64,000 nt of DNA from the NCBI GenBank assembly GCA_003427395.1, contig BFEA01000012.1, positions 1,330,641 through 1,394,640 of the forward strand, in the 5' to 3' direction. The position numbers and the translations under genes are program-made. The stretch comes from Chara braunii. Its lineage: Eukaryota; Plantae; Charophyceae. Every line of letters starts with the position of its first letter. Position 1 is the first letter of the stretch. This document shows, piece after piece, positions 48,956 through 62,156 of this stretch. The notes under the pieces are model-generated. The model had not been told where the DNA came from, did not search any database, and saw only the letters and a program-made list of their open reading frames with translations.

Positions 48956-51900
48956 CCAATCGGACAACAAAGGGACAAACTGTTCACTACACCAGACTCA
49001 TGAAACAATCGCATTTTGTTGTCGCCACCTGTGGGGTGGGCTACCAGCATTCCTGCTCGGCTATCTTAACATCTACATAAGCAGCGGTCCCCCAGTTTGT
49101 CCCTAGCATTAAGTCGAAGGGAAGGCTATCCTCCACTGAGAGAGTCAGGGAGTGCAACACTTTCTCTACCTTTGCCCCTGTCTCCAACCGGAAGTATGCA
49201 CTTAGCCCCTCATCATACTCACTCACGATCATCTCTCGATTATCGGCCAATTTATTGAGACCGGCTCGCCCAACTACTTTACCTTCATGCCGAGGCGCAT
49301 CTTGTGCAACCCTCTTCGGATGATATAACTACGCGTTGACCCACTGTCAATTAATGTGCCTATTTCTACATCTCTTGTTATTACCTGTCCTTTCGACTTC
49401 TTCGTTTTAGCCCAGGTTTGGCGACGAGTGATCAGCTCATTACCGATGCTTGCGAGGGAGCCACCCGGAGAGGTCCTAGCATAAGCAACCTCTGAACAAC
49501 TAGCTAGGTGGGGCCCTACGTTGCTTTGCCAACTGGACCTTTAAACATGAGGGTGCCTGGTCGCGCGCGATTTTGCAGTCTAAAAGCCTTGTAGAGGTGA
49601 CTGCAACCTGTACTCAGGACAAAAGGGGACCTGTACTCAGGAGGGGTCACCATATTTCAAACATTGGCCAACCTCGAGCCGTTTCTTCCACAACGAGTAT
49701 TCCATGTTTCCCTTCAGCGAGCCCTAGTGTGTTGGATAAGGCCTCGAGCCTCTACCGCTACCCCCGTTGAAGGGAGAACCTCGTCCACTTGTAAGGGATC
49801 ATAACCCTTACCTCCCACGTAGTAGCTACCTTCGCCACTACCCCTATGAGCAACGGGTCCTCGACCTCCCCATCTTCCACGACTCCTCTACGTGGGCCGC
49901 CTCCTCGACCTTGTCGCCCTCCCCCACGGGCTGCAGCACCTGAGTTGTCCCCTCCCCGGGGTACGTGGTTGCTGTTTCGGTCTTTGAGTTCGTAATCTAT
50001 TTGATTATAGGGCAGTGACTCAACTCCCCTACCTTATATTATTGGGTATTGGTTTGTTTTTCCACTGGTTTCCTCTTTGCAAATCTTTCTCATAATTGCA
50101 ATAATTTGCCTCTTGCATAAAATCGGCTCGGTCTACTGTAATTTGCTGAACTTTTCGTATGTCATCCCTTCCTCCTTAGTGCGGGGGTACAACTGGGTCC
50201 TGATGGGATCGGAAAGTGCCCTTGCAAAATTGTTCAAAATTTGTGCAGGGGACCGTGACCTGGACACTGCAGTAATTCATCCATAGTGGGCTTGAGTGCG
50301 AAAAGACTTTCCACTTCCGGTCACTAATGTTAAGAATTAGGTATTCTGGCCGGCGGGCCAAAGTTCTTATCTTCGAACCTTTAGGGCCCTCATGAAATCC
50401 TCTATATGGGTTTGTTGGGAGTACTATACCATTGAGGTACACCCTGCCTCCTTCAATAAGTATATAGCGAAGTTGGCCTCATCCCCAGGAAGACACGAAC
50501 TAGCCATCAAGACACAGTCCCGGTATGGAATCAGCTATGCATATAGGTATGTGTCCATCGCTGCCTCCCATTGTAATATATTTTTTTCTTTGTTTGCAAT
50601 TTATGTCCAAGGGAGTTTTACCTTCATGTTCTCCTTCTCTCTCCTCCCTCAGATTGTTTCTCTTCACCCTTCTTATCACCATCTTTGATGGGACCCTTAT
50701 ATCTTTCGTGTTATCATCTCCATCATCCCCACCGTCACCATCTCCACCTCTATCACTGCAACTCTACTGACGTGGTGTTCGTCATTGAGTGAAGATACCG
50801 TCTAGTTGGCAGCCGTAATCAATTATCTTCTTGCCAATCCTATGGGAGGAAGCACAAAGGAAGTTATTACATGTACCCTAAAATTCCTCTTGGTGCCACT
50901 TGATCTTTCCTACGGATTTTTGGAGTGCAGCGAGTTCCTGAGTGGTGTGCAACAAGGTGTCAATCAGGAGGGTCAAAACTTTCATTCACTTCAACCTCTT
51001 TCCCTTTCTCCTCCCTTAGTAATCACTGAAGCCTTTCTCCTCCTCCTCCATCCTTTTCTTTTAATCAAATTCTTCTCTTTTGGGCCAACAATCGCTGATT
51101 AAAAATACTTCTCATCTCTTCGATAAGCAATCTTCTCTCCTCCTCATCAGTAATTGTTGCCAACCTTGCCACAAAAGTATCCCTCTCCTCCTCGGATTCT
51201 TCCGACATCTCAATGCGGAATCTGAATCTTCCCACCCATTCCTCATTCTCAAACTACTGGAGTCGCAACTGTCCAGCCTGGCTGCTCTCCGCAGGGTTTT
51301 TAACTCTCCACCCTCTGCTCTCTTTTCCCTTCTGCTTATCAATCCTTCTTCTTCTTCTTCTTCCTCCTCTTTAACTTCCAACTCCTTTCGTAACGCTTCT
51401 TTTTTTTTTCATCTCGTCCTACTCCTCACTTTTCTCTGCCAGCCTCCTGTCAATTTCTGCTTGCTGCTCAGCGGTATAAGGCTGGGTCGTTCTACCGGAC
51501 TTGGTGGTGGTACACATCCTACTTGTTCGGTGGAACCCAAGAGGAAAGAGAAAACCGAATATGGGTTTGTTACGATCTTGGCCAATTTCGAAGTATACAT
51601 TCATCAGAAAGTACAATGTCGTCCAATTGCAAAAAGAAATGAACGAACTTGAGAGGAGAGAGAGGGGAAAAAGAAGAAGTAAGAAAGAAAAAGAAGATGA
51701 TGTACTCCAGCATAGGCCAATGGCAAGGCTCTTCTTTTCCGCCAACCAATCTCCTCCTCCTTATCTCCTCCCCTCTTATTCAAACAAGAAATAACAATAA
51801 TAATGTTGAATGGCTGAACCAGAATCAATGTCTGAATCCCACTTCTACTGCAGGCACAACATGAGGTCCACCATAGCCATGGCCACCCTTCCTCTTCCTC

Positions 51901-53548
51901 TACATGCGGGCCGAGGCTATGGCGGAGCACTGAGGGCTCTACCCTCCTATCCAAAGGACAACCCAAAACAGCTATCTTGCTGGCCTTCTATCCCAAGGTC
52001 AACACCAGGCAGCTATGCCGCTGCCCACTCAACCGCCATGCCTGACTCTGTCCCAAGCTTCCTTGATGCGGCACTACCCCATCTGGGGCCTTCCAGATGC
52101 AGCGCCTAACAAGGTGATGAAGATGGTGTCCACCATAGCCAGGTAGGTACCTCACCACTCTCCTCCTTGGTCCCCTTCTCGCTCCTCCTACCGGTAGAGC
52201 TCCACCATAGCCAAGGTGGAAGCTCCCGACTTCTTCCTCCCAGCAACGCTGTAGTACCCAACGCTACTCCAGCCAGCGTTCCAGCAGCGTGTCGCCAAAC
52301 TTGCACACTGAAGAATGAGGTTGGGCTCTTCCCTCGGCCTGTTGATATAGTGGCCTACTTTCCTCCTGGGCGGTGACTTCCAGGGCGCTCGGCCTCCCAA
52401 GCAACCGGTACCTCCTCCCTTTCGGAGGGAAACACATTGCAGACTCTGATATTGCCTGTACAAGCTCTAGACTCAGACTGGATGGACTGGTACCGGCCTA
52501 GACCTAGCCTACCGCTACTGGGCCTCTAAAAATGCGTTGTCTTCTTCTGCTTGGCCTCGAGTAACCGGCACATCTAATGCTACTGGGTGCGGTACCGGCC
52601 TACCTGCTACTTGAGTGTTTTTCCGTTGCTCTAAGCACCACGGGCTCCTGGCTCCGCTACTTGAGTGTTTTCCCTGCTGCAACCCTCAATGCCACGACCA
52701 CAGGTAAATACCGGCCCTACGGGCCTGCCAAACAAGCAAGTACCCTTGCGGGTCACACACACACTCATACCGACAAGCACTCAGATAGTCACGTAGGTCA
52801 CAAGCACGCATACACACTCATACCGACAAGCACTCAGACAAGCACGCAGGTCAAAAGCACGCACACACACAAACTTAGAAAACTCAGCAGAATGTGGGAA
52901 TCTCAACAAGACATCCATTCCATCGGCAAAACTCCAAAAATCAGCAGTGTTCTCAGTGTGTGTTATGGCGGGTCATTACAGGGTAGTCATCCATGATGAA
53001 AGAAGACACAGGTATGTGGACTCCGCCTCCTCACCACGTAGACGTACACCTCAACACGTACTCTAATCTAGATTAGGGTCTGACCTAATTTTCCCTTCCC
53101 ACAACGTCACTACAACTCCCCTATCAAATCTGGTGGGCAACCAGCAAGTTTAAGGTCAGCCAGCAAGGACCTCTAAAATCCCTTAACGATGCAAACAGAA
53201 CGTCGTGCCCACCAGTTTGAAGGATCGCTTCTCATTGCGTCAACTCCGGTTCGGTTTCATGCCGGTCAGTACCGGTCTTAGGGCTAGATAAGTTGTTTTA
53301 CAAGCGCTCATTGCTCATGCCCATGCTCTCTACTTAATGGGTGCTTCATCCAGCTACCGAGCTTCTACCCTAGACTTGACCTAAAACATACATGAGTATT
53401 GACCTCTCACAGGGCTAGGGTCCCATTGGGTACGCATGCCCCCAGGTAGGCTGGCAACCACTAACCACTTCCCCACCAGGGGAGGAGCCTTTCCTCCAGG
53501 AGAGAGTCCGTCCTTTGGACTGACACAATCCCAAGCATATGCAGACAC

Positions 53549-53710
53549 TTTTTTTTATTTTTTATTTTTTATTATTTTTATAAAGGACCCAGTGCCCAAG
53601 GCTAATATTATCAATAACAAAATTGAGGCCGGGGTCCTCGCAGTCTACCCGGAGTGACCGAAGTAACCGAACCAAACGTGCTGAGAACTGGGCTCAACGT
53701 TCCTCATATG

Positions 53711-53742
<32 letters not shown>

Positions 53743-56071
53743 GATGAAGGACTTCTGCTGATTATATGTAAACTGTGAGACAATGATACTAAGGATGGTG
53801 ATGATGATGATGATGAATATTTTTTGAACTAATGAGTATAGTGACTTTGTGCCTCTTCACCCACCCTGAGCGCCATAAGATCTTGTCAAGCAAATAGGGA
53901 AGATGATGATGAAGGACTTCTGCTGATTCTATGTAAACTGTGAGACAATGATACTAAGGATGATGATGAAGATTTTTTGAACTAACGAGTATAGTGACTT
54001 TGTGCCTCTTCACCCACCCTGGGCGCCATAAGATCTTGTAAGACATTATGAATAAAAAAGAGGCATTTCATTAAACTTACCGGTACCACAAAGAGGGAAC
54101 CAGACACAATCCAGATAGGGGAAAAAGATCAGGGAAAGCAGATAATGGTCTTAGAGGTATAGCAAAATCAATAGCACTCCAATCATTGAAGACCAAACGG
54201 TAATTCCTTTGAAAGGATCCTGAACTCTCATGTGTCCCTTCCCACAACACCTGCCCCAACCTCCCTCCCTGGTCCCCCCAAGCCAGCTTTCTATTGAACT
54301 GTTTAATATAGTGCCAGATCTCATTTTGTAATGATAAGTGATGATTTTTTTTTTTTAATTCTCCCATTTAATAGTAAGGTCTGTTTAAATATGTTGTTTG
54401 ATAATTTCAATGAAATTTGGGCCATCTGATCTAGATAAGCGCCTTCCATCTCGTAGGTACACCTTCTTAACCAGATTGCCCAAATGATTGCTCTTCAACC
54501 AATTGTGAACAACTTGACTGTGAACTCATCCACTTGATCCGGGTGCTAGAATTCCAGGAGGAGAGCTTTCCATTCCTATGGCCAGGGGAGAGTGGTTCCC
54601 AATTGATTCCAAATCCTATCCCACCACCGCCACAGCCAGACTGACTCTAGGCATTGGAGAAAGATGTGTTCAATTATTTGAGGTATGAGCTTGGATGAGA
54701 AGGCTGATCTACAAAACTTGCACCAAGGTTGAGCGATGCCCTTTTGTTCTAACAGGGTTCTGTAACTTCTGTCAATAATCTAGTCATTCGTAGGGAGGCA
54801 GCGGTGGGCGATTTGCCACTATAATGATGCTACCTTTGCTGGCTTAGATTTACGGGTTTGAAACCACTTGATCCCTCTCAATTCATCTTTGCTTATATTG
54901 AGATTCTTCATCCAACGATCTTCAATGCAGTCTCTTAAGTTCACCCTAGGCCAGAGCATTTTGTAGGCGGACTTAACTGATAGAGTGTGTAAGGATCTAG
55001 AGTTGGAACTCCCTTGTTTACCTGGGCAAGACCAGGTCCAGTTCTGCGGGTCAAATGGAAGGTGAGAAATTGGTGTATCTGGTTTAAAGGAAAGCCATTT
55101 CTCATCAACTTTTAACACTCTAATCCGAAAAAGCTGGTCAGTCGTACACCAACAAGTATCATCTTGAACTTTGGGATTACGGAATCTATCCTCTTGTATA
55201 TCTAAGATGGATATGAGGATATCCTCTGAATTAAGAGACTGAATTATATTCCCCACTATCCCTTTTTGATCTCGGATTGCTACCCAGTCCCCAGGAAGAA
55301 ACTTAGGACTTTTCTTAGGATCCTGACCCAATCCAAAGGAATTATGTCAATTATTTGATCCAGAGCATGACTTTGGTGATCACAATAACGCAGGCGCTCT
55401 TGAAGGTTTGATGGTGATGACCAATCTCTAATCTCATGATTCCATAAATCCTTTATTCGTATAGTTCCTCTTCTAATCCATCATTTCCAAGGGGCATCCA
55501 TGCAGTGAAGAACACACCCTTGACAGTCTCTGGTAAACGTATTGTTGAATAAAGGTTGTTGGCATACCTCCTCCCATCTCATGGGGGGTACTTTATCTGT
55601 AAGGGGCAGTTTTCTCCAATTTTTCATCAATGAGATCCAAAAAGGGTCCCTGCAGAGGTCCCTCCTGGCTGCTTGTCTATCTGAGATGTCCGGATATTGT
55701 AGCTCTACTGTGGAACCTCTTGGAAGAGACCAGGAGCGATTCTCAAACCACATAAGTGGATCTATCTCAGCTGGTGTAGGAGGTGCTAACCTCCTAATCT
55801 GCTCATTGGCGAGGTGAATCCAAGGAGCGAGGGGGTTAAGTAAGAGACGTTTAATCCATTGTAAAGAAAGAGCTATTGCTTAGATTTGAGGGTCAATGAT
55901 CCCAAGGCCACCCTTAGATTTAGGTTGGATTATTGATAGCCAAGCCACTCTGCTGATAACATTTTCACGTTCATGATTCCCTTGCCACAAGAAAGCTGCT
56001 AATTGACGCTGGAATATCTTGAGAGTCGCTTTATCTAAGGCCCATATTGCTGATTTATACCAAATGGTACT
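53549..56071 (-). mobile_element. 5'-truncated decayed LINE (family B)
   Basis: TIWYKSAIWALDK, IIQPKSKGGLGIIDP, KSKPAKVASL. A-rich tail at 53549-53579. Tail modules at 53625-53704. ~150-bp duplication in the 3' UTR (53738-53886 / 53902-54039). Confidence 0.92.
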
Positions 56072-56423
56072 GACCCTAGACAATTGCAAAAAGATGTGGT
56101 CAACAGATTTGACCAGCAGCTGTGTTTCCGAGATGTAGGAAGGTACTCAAACACACAAATATTCCATCAACAACAATTCCACGGATGCAGCGGGATCCAG
56201 CTCCGATACCAATTGCAATGAACCACTTTTATTCTCACTCCAATCGCATACCCAATGAGTGTTCACACAAAAATCCACACTGAAGTCAAGAGATGGAGAG
56301 AACAAAATTAGCGCAGCTTAAGAAACCTCAATGATTGATCATATTATACAAGTTCAGAGTTCCAGTCACTTAGCCCCCAACAGCGTTGGAGCCAGCAGTT
56401 CAATCTGGTATGTAACTGCTTCC
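56072..56423 (-). mobile_element. LTR retrotransposon fragment: LTR 3' part, PBS (tRNA-iMet type), leader
   Basis: Minus strand ...CATTGCA-AT-TGGTATCGGAGC (PBS at 56200-56211, cf. the plant iMet PBS TGGTATCAGAGC). Homology to 43350-43482. Confidence 0.8.
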
Positions 56424-56815
56424 ATGCAGACTGGGTGGCATTATACGGCATGAGTTATGGTATGATGCTCAACTGTGACTCCCCCCCCCCCCCCCCCCCC
56501 CACCCTCCTTCCGTCCCAGAAAACAAGAACCCCTAAAAGAGGACGCGCCGAAAAAGAGAGAACCTCCAAAAGTAAGGCACCTAGACACCTCCCATGAAGT
56601 GCACGGCGAAAAGAGCACACCGCCGCACCGGTAATTGGTATGATGTGACCTGGGTGGTATGATATGGCCTTAGTGTGACTATGTGGGCTAGGTGGTAGCA
56701 TGCAGACTGGTGGTCTGGCTGTGGGGGGCTATCTGGGGTGGGCAGGTTGATTCATAGTATGTATGCTGTATCGTACTACTTGGGGCAGGTTAGGTACTAA
56801 GTGGATCGGGTGATG

Positions 56816-59800
56816 TTTTTTTTTTTTTTTTTTTTTTTTTTTTATTTTTACGGGAGCTCCAATCTATTGGTGGGGAGCTTGCACCTGCTGGAAAGCGGGT
56901 CCAGCGTCCCTTTTGATACAAACATAACAATTTGAGTCATGGCTGCAAATCGGGTGGAGCGTCCCACATGAGGACTGAAGAATAGCTGAATGAGAAAACA
57001 AAAACTAGAACCTTTGTGCCTCTTCACCCACATTGGGCGCCAGGAATTCTTGACTACCAAGCACAAACCATAATTCTTCGTCAAAATATCCCCAAGGAGA
57101 CGACCCTTTGATCTTACCCATACCATGATAAGGGAACCAAACAAGAACCTGGTAGAGGAAAGGGATCTGGGAAGTCAGATAAGGGTCTTAGAGGAATTGA
57201 GGGGTCAACAAGACTCCAATCATTAAAGACTAGTCTACAATTCCTTTGAAAAGCCCTTTGTGAATTTTCATGAGCTCCTTCCCACAACACCTTCCCCAAC
57301 CTCCCTCCTTGGTCTCCCCCAAGCCAGCTTCTGTTGAACTTTTTGATGTGTTGCCATATCTCATTTTGTAGAGAAAGATGCTGGATTTTCTCTTTTAAAT
57401 TTTCCCATTTAATAGTGATATCTGTTTGAATATGTTGTTTAATAGAATCAGTGAAATCTGGACCATCCAATTTGGCCCCTTCCAATTCGTGGGTACACCT
57501 TCTAACCCATATTGCCCAAATAATAGCTCTTCTACCAATTATAAACAGATTATCAGTGAACTCGTCCACTTGTCCTGGATGCCAGAATTCTAGGAGAAGG
57601 GCTTTCCAATCCCAGGCCATGGGAGAGTGGTTCCCAATTGGCTCCAAATCCTGTCCCACCAACGCCAAAGCCAGACCGAACCTGGGCATTGGAGAAAAAT
57701 ATGTTCGATTGTTTCTGGAAAGAGCTTGGATGGAAAGGCATGTCTACAAAACTTACACCAAGGAAGAGCGATACCTTTCTGATCTAACGAAGTTCTGTCA
57801 ATGATCCAGTCATTAGTAGGGAGGCAGCGGTGGGATATTTGCCATTGCAAGGAGGCTACCTTAGCAGGTTTAGATTTACAGGTATGAAACCACTTAACTC
57901 CTCTCAACTCTTCCTTACCGATTCTCAGATTCTTCATCCATCGATCTTCAATGCGATCTCTAAGATTAACCCTTGGGCGCAGCATTCTGTAAGTGGACTT
58001 CATCGAGAGGGTATGTAGGATCTAGAATAGGAGCGACCCTGTCTACTATTACAAGACCAGGTTCAATATAGAGGGTCAAAGGGTAGGTGGGATATCGGTA
58101 TTTCGGGTTTGAAGGAGAGCCATTTATTATTGACATATAATACTCTCACTCGGAAAAGCTGGTCAACCGTACACCACATAGTGTCCTCCTAAGATCTAGG
58201 AGCAAGAAAACCATCCTCTTGTAAATCAAGTATAGATATTAGGATATCCACAGAATTACGGATGTCAATTATATTCCCCACAATTCCCTTAATACATCGA
58301 GTTGCCACCCAGTCACCAGGGAGAAACTTGGGTCCTTTCTTTAAAATCCTGACCCAGTCCAAAGGAATTAACTCGATGATATTATCCAATGCAGTCCTCT
58401 GATGATGACTGTAGCGCAGTCGTTCTTGAAGGTTTATGGCAGAGAACCAATCCTTTGTTTCTTGATTCCAAAGATCCTTAACACGTATGATTCCTCTTCG
58501 AATCCAGCCTAACCATGGGCTATCCATATAGTGGAGAACACATCCTTGAGAATCCCTGATAAATGTATTATTAAATAAGGGTTGCTGACGAACTTCTTCC
58601 CATCTTGTAGGATGTATTTTATCTGGTAGGGGCAGTTTCCTCTAGTTTTTCAATAATATAATCCAAAAGGGATCTCTACAGAGGTCACTCCTAGCTGCTT
58701 GTCCATTTGAAGGATCCGAACCTTGAAGATCCACTGAACTTCCCCTTGGAAGAGACCAGGATCGGTTTTCTAGCCACATTAGCGGGTCTGTTTCGGCTGG
58801 AATAGGAGGAACTAATCTCCTTATCTGCTCACAGGCAAGAGGGATCCATGGAGTGATGGGGCTAAATAGGAGACGTTTAATCCATTGAATAGAGAGGGCT
58901 ATAGCTTGGGTATTAGGATCAATGATCCCAAGATCACCCATAGACTTTGGTTGGATTATAGATGTCCATACCACTCTGCTGATGACGTTTTCCTGCTCAT
59001 AATTCCCACGCCACAAAAAGGCTGCCAAATGACGCTGAAAAGTCTTGAGAGTCAATTTATCTAAAGCCCATAATGCAGATTTGTACCAAATGGAGGCTAG
59101 GACCACATTGTTGATTATAAGAGACCTCCCGAATAAAGAGGTATGTTTATTTTTCCACAACCCCAGTTTTGAATGGGCATGATGCAAGATCCCTTCATTA
59201 ATTGTTAATGGTTTACCTGAGGCAGATAAGGAAACCCCAAGGACTCTAATAGGTACATCCGACTGCTACCATTTAATCTGAGGCTGCTCAGGGGGTCACA
59301 CTCCTTGATAATGAATCCACCAGCCTAGAGTTTTATTACCCCAATTTACCCTCATGTCAGAAAGCTTGCAGAAAGTGTCCATGATTATTTTAATTGCTTC
59401 CAGATTTGCATGAGAAGCCTCAACCATAAGAGAGAGATCATCAGCGAAGAGAGAACATACTGGAATAGCATCCTTTGGAATAGAGGAAATCCGGATGCGA
59501 CTAATATCTTTGTGGTGCCTTAAATTAGCTGCTAGCGCTTCCATAATAATCACAAAGAGGAGTGGTGCAATGGGGTCACCTTGCCTCACTGATCTCTGAA
59601 GAACAATAGGGGGTGCTACATTACCGTTAACCATAACTCTTGTAGTTGCATTTCTATGCAAGATTCTAATCCATCTTCTAAACAGTGGGCCAAAATTGAA
59701 TGTTTCTAAGCATTTGTCTAGAAAAAAACAATCCACGTGATCATAGGCCTTTTCAAAATCAATGAAAACAAAGGCGGCATTATGCTTGGATTGACGAGAT

Positions 59801-60496
59801 AGCCTGACAAGTTCATTGACCAGCAAGATATTATCCTGAATATTCCTGCCCTGGATGAACCCGGTTTGGGATGGATGAATTATATCTGCAATATACTTAT
59901 TCAGGCGATTAGTAAGAACTTTAGAAATCAACTTATACACAACTGTCAACAAAGTTATGGGGCGATAATTCCTAATATTGCTTTTTTCACCCTTCTTATA
60001 TAATAACGTGAGGACACCTTGACCCACAAACTCCCCCATCCAGCCAGACTCCCATACCTCTTGGTAGAAATCCATGAGATCTTGGGAGATGAAGTCCCAC
60101 GTGGCTTCCCAATATTCCTTTGGCAGACCATCAATGCCAGGAGCCTTTTCTTCCTCCATAAGCATGAGAGCAGTCCATACTTCTTCTTTAGCAAGTGGCA
60201 AATCTAATTGCTCTTTCTGGACATCAGATAGGGCTCTAGTCATAGGGGTAAGGAATTCATCTATTTCCATGGTACGCTGAGTTAAAGGAATATCACTAGT
60301 CTCAGAGAGAAAAAGATTTAAAAAAAAATCCCTTGCGGTCTTAGTGCATTCAGCCGTTGAGGTGAAAAGTGGACCATTCTGATTATTGGGATGGGCCAAT
60401 GCCTCGATGACTGTTCTGCCAGACCGGGCTCTTGCCATAGCAAAAAGCCTCGCGTCCATGGATCCCTCCGTTTGATGTTTCCCAATTTTGCCCCTA
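56816..60496 (-). mobile_element. 5'-truncated LINE (family B) with largely intact RT
   Basis: 387-aa RT ORF (KAPGIDGLP, NYRPITLL, IDFEKAYDHV, RQGDPIAPLLF, FADDL) and WCKFC..ETIEHIFLQCP. Poly(A) at 56816-56849. Perfect 11-bp TSD ATCGGGTGATG at 56805-56815 and 60497-60507. Confidence 0.95.
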
Positions 60497-60870
60497 ATCG
60501 GGTGATGCTACGTGCGCTGCATCGAAAGTCCGCCAGGGAAGACGCTGTGTACTGTCATTTGAACAATTGGTGGCTCTTAACTAGACTACAACTTGGGGGC
60601 AAAAGACAACAGAAGCGGGGAAAGAAAAGATCTGCCAAACAAAGAGGCAAATTGCTCAAATGACAAGGGGGGGGGGGGGGGGAAAGGGGGCTGCTGTGTA
60701 CAACTCGGGCACAAAAGGACACGAAAACGGGGAGGAAAAAAAAAGAAAGACAATCCAACCGAACAAAAGGCAAATGATCAAAGCAGGCCGCTGTGAAACT
60801 TGTATTTGCGCAGCTGGTCTCTCTGAACTTAAATACCACCTTCATGCCAGTCACTTTCTACAACCACCGT

Positions 60871-61202
60871 TCTGACAAACTCGGGGCATCAATTAGCGGC
60901 CTGACGAACTCAGGCCATCAGTTCTGGCCCCCTGACAAACTTGGCCAAATGCGGCCCATCAGTTCTAGCACCCTGACAAACTCGAACAAACAGGGCCCAC
61001 TACCTTCTTCCCCCGAATACAACGTACGGTCATTATAGCCGTATTTGGGGTATCTTTCAGTCTAGATACAGCTATAATGACCGTACATTGTTTTCGGGGG
61101 AAGAAGGTAGTTTTGGCACATTGACAAACTTGAGCCATCAGTTCTAGAACCCTGGCGAACTCAGGTGATCACCTCTGGTGCCCTGACAAAGTTAGGCCAT
61201 CA
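60871..61202. repeat. ~30-bp minisatellite (CTGACAAACTCGGGCCATCAGTTCTGGCACC-like) interrupted by a MITE
   Basis: About seven degenerate units. Confidence 0.8.
61003..61107. mobile_element. Palindromic TA-MITE
   Basis: TA|CCTTCTTCCCCCGAA...TTCGGGGGAAGAAGG|TA with ~43-bp imperfect arms. Confidence 0.85.
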
Positions 61203-62003
61203 CTAGGACGGTTTGTTGGACTCTCGCACCGTACCATCCATCTCAATTTTCTTTCTTTTCTTTTTGAAAAGGCCACCGGCCTTGAGGTGTCATCATCGAC
61301 CTGACCGGCCCTGAGTTATTTATAGTTATATTCAGACTTATTCTATTCCATGATTCCATCAGAATTGGACCTCAGGTCTGTTTGTCAACAGTTGTATGGG
61401 TGTACCATTCTGCCATATGGGCTGGGTCACCCATCTCTTTTCATGTCCATCAGGCTGTTTTCGTTTGTGCTTCATTTTGTTTTCTTTCTCCCTTTTTTTT
61501 CTTTTTTTCTTTTTCCTGCCCATCACCCTTGTGCAGGGGCCGTGCTAATCTTCGCTGTATAGGTCCAATTTTAACGAATGTCCCCAAGGACTTTTTTCTG
61601 CCTTTTGCCTTTTGACGGCACCAAATCCTGGACAACCTCCCAAAACATCATTGAACGGTTGATGTCATCCACAGAAATGAAAAACACACCGTATGTTTTG
61701 GGAGTGACTCGAGCCGTGACGTCAGGGACTACCAGAGGATCAAAGCACACATGACATATTTTCCAAGGGACTCCCGGTGTTTGTTGCTTCTGGAAGAGCC
61801 TGGAGGCTCCCGTTGCTCTGTAACCTACTGGCGTGCTGCAACTGTCTGAGTACCCACATATCGAAAAATGCCGAAAACAGGCCTCACGTGGATATTCAAG
61901 CCCGCCTTCACTTAGGGTGGCATGGGCTTGCTAGGGGCCGCAGCCCAGAACACTTGTATGTCTGATAAGGGTCCCGTGAGGGCTTATTCCTTTCAGAGCG
62001 CAG

Positions 62004-62076
62004 AAAAAAAATAAAAATAAAAATAAAAATAAAAATAAAAAATAAAAATAAAAATAAAAATAAAAATAAAAATAAA
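62004..62076. repeat. (AAAAAT)n microsatellite
   Basis: Directly visible. Confidence 0.97.
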
Positions 62077-62156
62077 TGTATATCTATAGTCAAACAGAGC
62101 TGCCCAGTGAACCGTAGGCAGAGAGGGAGAAGAGGACAACAAACGGGGGCTATTGC

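Larger units (their letters stand above)
43263..52956 (-). mobile_element. Decayed Ty3/gypsy chromovirus-type LTR retrotransposon (gag-PR-RT-RH-IN-chromo), 5' LTR and PBS missing
   Basis: Protease TLIDSGSTRSYI (~49322-49360) and FDLMLGTNW. RT GLTNAPSTFQ, VYLDDILIFS. RH TTDASQYGIG, HSDHETL. IN CHDTEGHFG..CTVCQ, RHPETNSQTE, YPVFHAS. Chromodomain YDVDRII..YKVRFAY..HW (44015-44225). The leader at 52860-52956 resembles the PBS-proximal leader at 56120-56200. Confidence 0.92.

Noticed and set aside
52957-53524. Candidate 5' LTR of the gypsy element
   Set aside because: No similarity to the 3' LTR at 43263-43969 and no PBS. It is probably an unrelated insertion.
57025-57043. TGGCGCCCAATGTGGG (minus) resembling a tRNA-Lys PBS
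   Set aside because: It lies in a LINE 3' UTR with no adjacent LTR, and homologous positions in sister copies (30651, 53860) do not keep the match.
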